From IMG/VR virus record IMGVR_UViG_3300003375_000022: a DNA stretch of 64,000 bases. One strand, written 5' to 3'. The position numbers were made by a program, and so were the translations under genes. Below the pieces are notes generated by a model. The model was not told the DNA's origin and did not search any database. It saw only the letters and a list, made by a program, of their open reading frames with translations. Shown piece by piece: positions 60,823-64,000 of this stretch (its first letter is position 1; each line of letters opens with the position of its first letter). This stretch comes from an uncultured virus (IMG/VR IMGVR_UViG_3300003375_000022). Lineage: Duplodnaviria; Heunggongvirae; Uroviricota; Caudoviricetes.

Positions 60823-62737
60823 TCAAATCAAACCTTTGTTTCTAAAACCAAGTGAGGTCTGCTTACTTGCAACCCTACCTTCAAGGGTGAGTCCTTGCCC
60901 TAATTTGTTTGCCATTCTTTGCATGGCTTGTTCGTCTGTTTCGCCATCTTTTACGGCTACCCAAGTTTTTTCGTTGACCTTGACTAATCTTTCTTTTTTG
61001 CCAGTAATTTCGGCTTGCGAGTTGCTCCAATTTCTGTAGCAGATTGTGTCGCAGTAATTGCCTGTTTTAAAACTTATTGAACTATTGCACCAAAGGCAAG
61101 TGCTGTGCTTTTTCTTTTTACTTCCGTTATTATAAAACTTCTTCATAATCTTTGTTTTTTAAATATTCATTAAGTTTTTCGCGCTTTTGCTCTGCTTCGT
61201 ATTCGGTGTCATAAACTCCATGTAATGGTACAAAATAAAAAAAGTGTTTTTCTTCTACATACCATTTAAAAATGCCTTTTATTTTTGTGCAATTTACGCG
61301 GTATGGCGGCATTTTATTCATAGACCTTATATAGTCAAATAAAAACCTTCCGGCGGCGTAAACAGCGGCTGAAATCAATATTATAACAACCCACATCAAT
61401 ATTGCGTGGTTATCTTGTTTTAGTAATTCTATTCTTTTATCTTCCATAGTTTTTCGGTCTTTTTTGTTAGATCATAAGTTATATTTATTTTATAACTTTC
61501 GTTAGCACGCACCCATGTTTCATACATCTTAAAAGCACTGCTAAAATAAATGCCAGTAGCTAAATAGAATACACACTGAATCAATGTATCTATATCTGTT
61601 TCTAATGAGGATTCTGGTGTTTTGTTCCATCCGAAATAGCTGTTTGAAATTACCCATATCGCAACACAAACACACCATAAAGTTTTTCCAAGTTTAATTG
61701 CTTTCATAATTTATTCGTTTTTAAATGTTACACAAATGTATAACAAGCAACCGTCATTAACAAATATTTTTTTAATACTTGTTAACAACTGATTGTTAAT
61801 CTTGGGTTTGTTGGATTGCTTGATTTTGCAGCTTAGCTATGGTTAGCAGCTTAATTTGTTTATCAAGAGCTAACACATCTTCTTCTATTCTACGGTGTTC
61901 CTTGCGTTCTCTGTAAATAAAAATTGTTGTAAGGGCTGCGACAGCCGCAATAGCTTCAAAAACTATTCTATGAAAATGTATTTCTGCCTTACTTTCCGCC
62001 ATTTTTTTATTTTGTTTCTTGCTCTTTCTTTTTAGCCTGAGATGGTTTCCACCAGAACTCCCATAAGCCCCAAGCTAATAAAGCTGCTCCAGCTACGTAT
62101 AAAATTGTATTTCCACCACTTCTGCTTCCAGAAGCCGCTGATGATGATGCTGATGAGCCTGCGCTCGCTGTGTTAAAATGTGTGATCATGCTTATTTTTT
62201 TGTTAGCGTATATACTTGTTTTTCTGTTTCTATTAATTTATGGTACGTTGTTTCAATACCATTTTCTTTCCCTTCTTCGTAAGTCTCAAAAACCACTTTA
62301 TAAGAAGTTGGTGAAGAAGATTTAAGTTCATCGATTGTAAATTTAGTTTTACCAGCTTCTAACTGAGTAGCTAATTCTTTGTCGATAGCGATGCCCTTTG
62401 TGTCCACAGCGTCTTCTGTTTGGTTTGCACCTACAATTACTGGCTCAACAGCCGCTTCCTGTTTAATCTCTTCTACGACCTCTTTTGTTTCATGAGGAAG
62501 CTTTGCGCTGTTTGTGTCTTTACCTTCAAGTTCGTCTTTGATTTCCCTTACAACCCACTTGTCGTTTGCTTTTAATTTTTGTAAAACTTTTTCAGATACT
62601 TTTCTGCCAGTTTTTTCCATCATGTTTATTGATTTCTCAATATCGGCAATAGTTCTAATTCCTATTTTTGCATCCAAAGGAAGTTTGTCTAAAGTTAGAC
62701 CTTTTTCCTGCATTAATTTTTCATATTCGTGTTCCAT
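60823..62737 (-). other. Small hypothetical and membrane proteins (60823-61146, 61130-61447, 61429-61707, 61796-62002, 62007-62189, 62192-62737)
   Basis: ORF track; several have single TM helices. Confidence 0.55.
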
Positions 62738-62757
62738 ATTTATTTGTGTTTTTTAGG

Positions 62758-63981
62758 TTATTGCAAATGTACAAAATGTTTATTTAACTTACGCAGAATA
62801 TTTGTTCTAACGGTTTCTCCTTTTTTGGAAAGATTGTTTTCAAATTCTGGATTATACATAACTTCTTTAATGTAACCTAATTTTAAACGCTTCCAATTGC
62901 CTTCGTTGATTTCTGGGTGGTCGTGTGTGCCGTATCTATTTATTGCGCTGGCAAGTAATGCCGATTCTTCTTCTATTAATTCGTTGCTCCAATGTGTTTC
63001 ATCAATAACGTCTTCTTCCAAAACTTCTTCTTCTGATTCTTCTGCATCCAGTTCTTGGATTTGTTTGTTTATTGAACTTATTTTTTGTTGTATTGAATTT
63101 GTGTAATCTTCGGTGTCTTCTTTTGGCGAAAGCTGTTTCAATAAATTTGACCTCTCTTGAATCAGTTCTTCTATGATTTCGTCATTCATTTCTTGTAAAG
63201 TTCCGCCTTCTTCGAACTTATCAACATAATCCCAATCTTTATCCAATTCCCACGTAGTTACTATTTTTGTTGAATTTCCGTTCTCCAAGTTATACGTATT
63301 GTAATCTGGTTTGTATTTTTTAATTACATAAACTGGATATTTTCCAAATAGTGGTTTACCTTTCATTCTATAGCCTTCCCCTATTTTGTCTTTTCCAAAT
63401 GTTTCTGATTCTATAGTAGCTCCTTGCTCAAACATTTCGCGATGTTCTAATTCGTATTTCTGTATAGTTTCTTCGTCTAATAAATTCCTATTTACAGTCA
63501 TTAGTTTTTTGCCTTTGTGATAAACAATCCAATTACCTTTAGGCGAAGAATCAACGGTAACGTCTTCTAAACTTATTTTGTTATCGCTAATTCTAATAGC
63601 TTTTAAAAATCTTTGAGCCTTAAAATCTAATTCTTTGTTTATAGTAGCTCCTTGCTCAAACTTATCAACGCCCATTGAATTAGATAATTCTTCTTGGAAT
63701 TCTTCGTCTTGGAGAGTATCATTTAATGTTGCATACCAGTCTATTTTTCCATTATGTTTTTGAACATTGCCTTTAATATATTTATTAAAAATTATTTTGC
63801 CCTTTGGAGTTTTTGAAAGAAATTCTGATATTAACTTTACAGCAGAATCTATTGTTTTTTCCGGTATTTCATTTTCTGCAGAAATATAATCTCTTAAAAC
63901 CTTACTTTCTACACCGCCTCCATCTTCAAATGTAGATATTAACTTAAACCTTGTTTTTAGTTCTTCTTTGGTTACAAGCAT
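62758..63981 (-). CDS. Modular acidic protein punctuated by FExG(G/A) motifs
   Basis: FEDGG, KFEQGATI, MFEQGATI, KFEEGGTL; 22 nt DNA repeat at 63412-63433 and 63640-63661. Confidence 0.6.
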   Translation of the reverse strand: MLVTKEELKTRFKLISTFEDGGGVESKVLRDYISAENEIPEKTIDSAVKLISEFLSKTPKGKIIFNKYIKGNVQKHNGKIDWYATLNDTLQDEEFQEELSNSMGVDKFEQGATINKELDFKAQRFLKAIRISDNKISLEDVTVDSSPKGNWIVYHKGKKLMTVNRNLLDEETIQKYELEHREMFEQGATIESETFGKDKIGEGYRMKGKPLFGKYPVYVIKKYKPDYNTYNLENGNSTKIVTTWELDKDWDYVDKFEEGGTLQEMNDEIIEELIQERSNLLKQLSPKEDTEDYTNSIQQKISSINKQIQELDAEESEEEVLEEDVIDETHWSNELIEEESALLASAINRYGTHDHPEINEGNWKRLKLGYIKEVMYNPEFENNLSKKGETVRTNILRKLNKHFVHLQ

Positions 63982-64000
63982 TTCACTACCACCAAAAAAA

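Noticed and set aside
1..64000. Alternative genetic code
   Set aside because: Standard code yields dense, full-length ORFs; the few breaks are explained by homopolymer indels

Overview
AT-rich, gene-dense segment of a large virus genome whose host is probably a Bacteroidota bacterium (recurrent TAnnTTTG promoter motif, A-rich leaders without Shine-Dalgarno). 0.7-14.5 kb: small + strand hypothetical genes, a complete IS200/IS605 element and a second stand-alone tnpB. 14.5-37.8 kb (- strand): lysis and virion module with fiber/spike proteins, two GH108 muramidases, peptidoglycan-binding proteins, an HExxH peptidase, over 20 single-pass membrane proteins and a candidate major capsid protein with two paralogs. 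I recognise no terminase, portal, HK97 capsid or tail gene, and an A32/P9-like FtsK-HerA ATPase lies at 54.0-54.9 kb. This suggests (inference) an unusually large tailless, membrane-containing, jelly-roll-type bacterial virus with motif-directed proteolytic maturation. 38-52 kb: glycosyltransferase/methyltransferase cluster, a circularly permuted two-piece tmRNA and three orphan promoter-RNA-terminator units. 58.2-60.7 kb: a diversity-generating retroelement with one template repeat, two tandem target genes showing adenine-specific variation, no recognisable avd and a candidate alternative accessory gene. All protein calls are by-eye motif recognition, not database searches.
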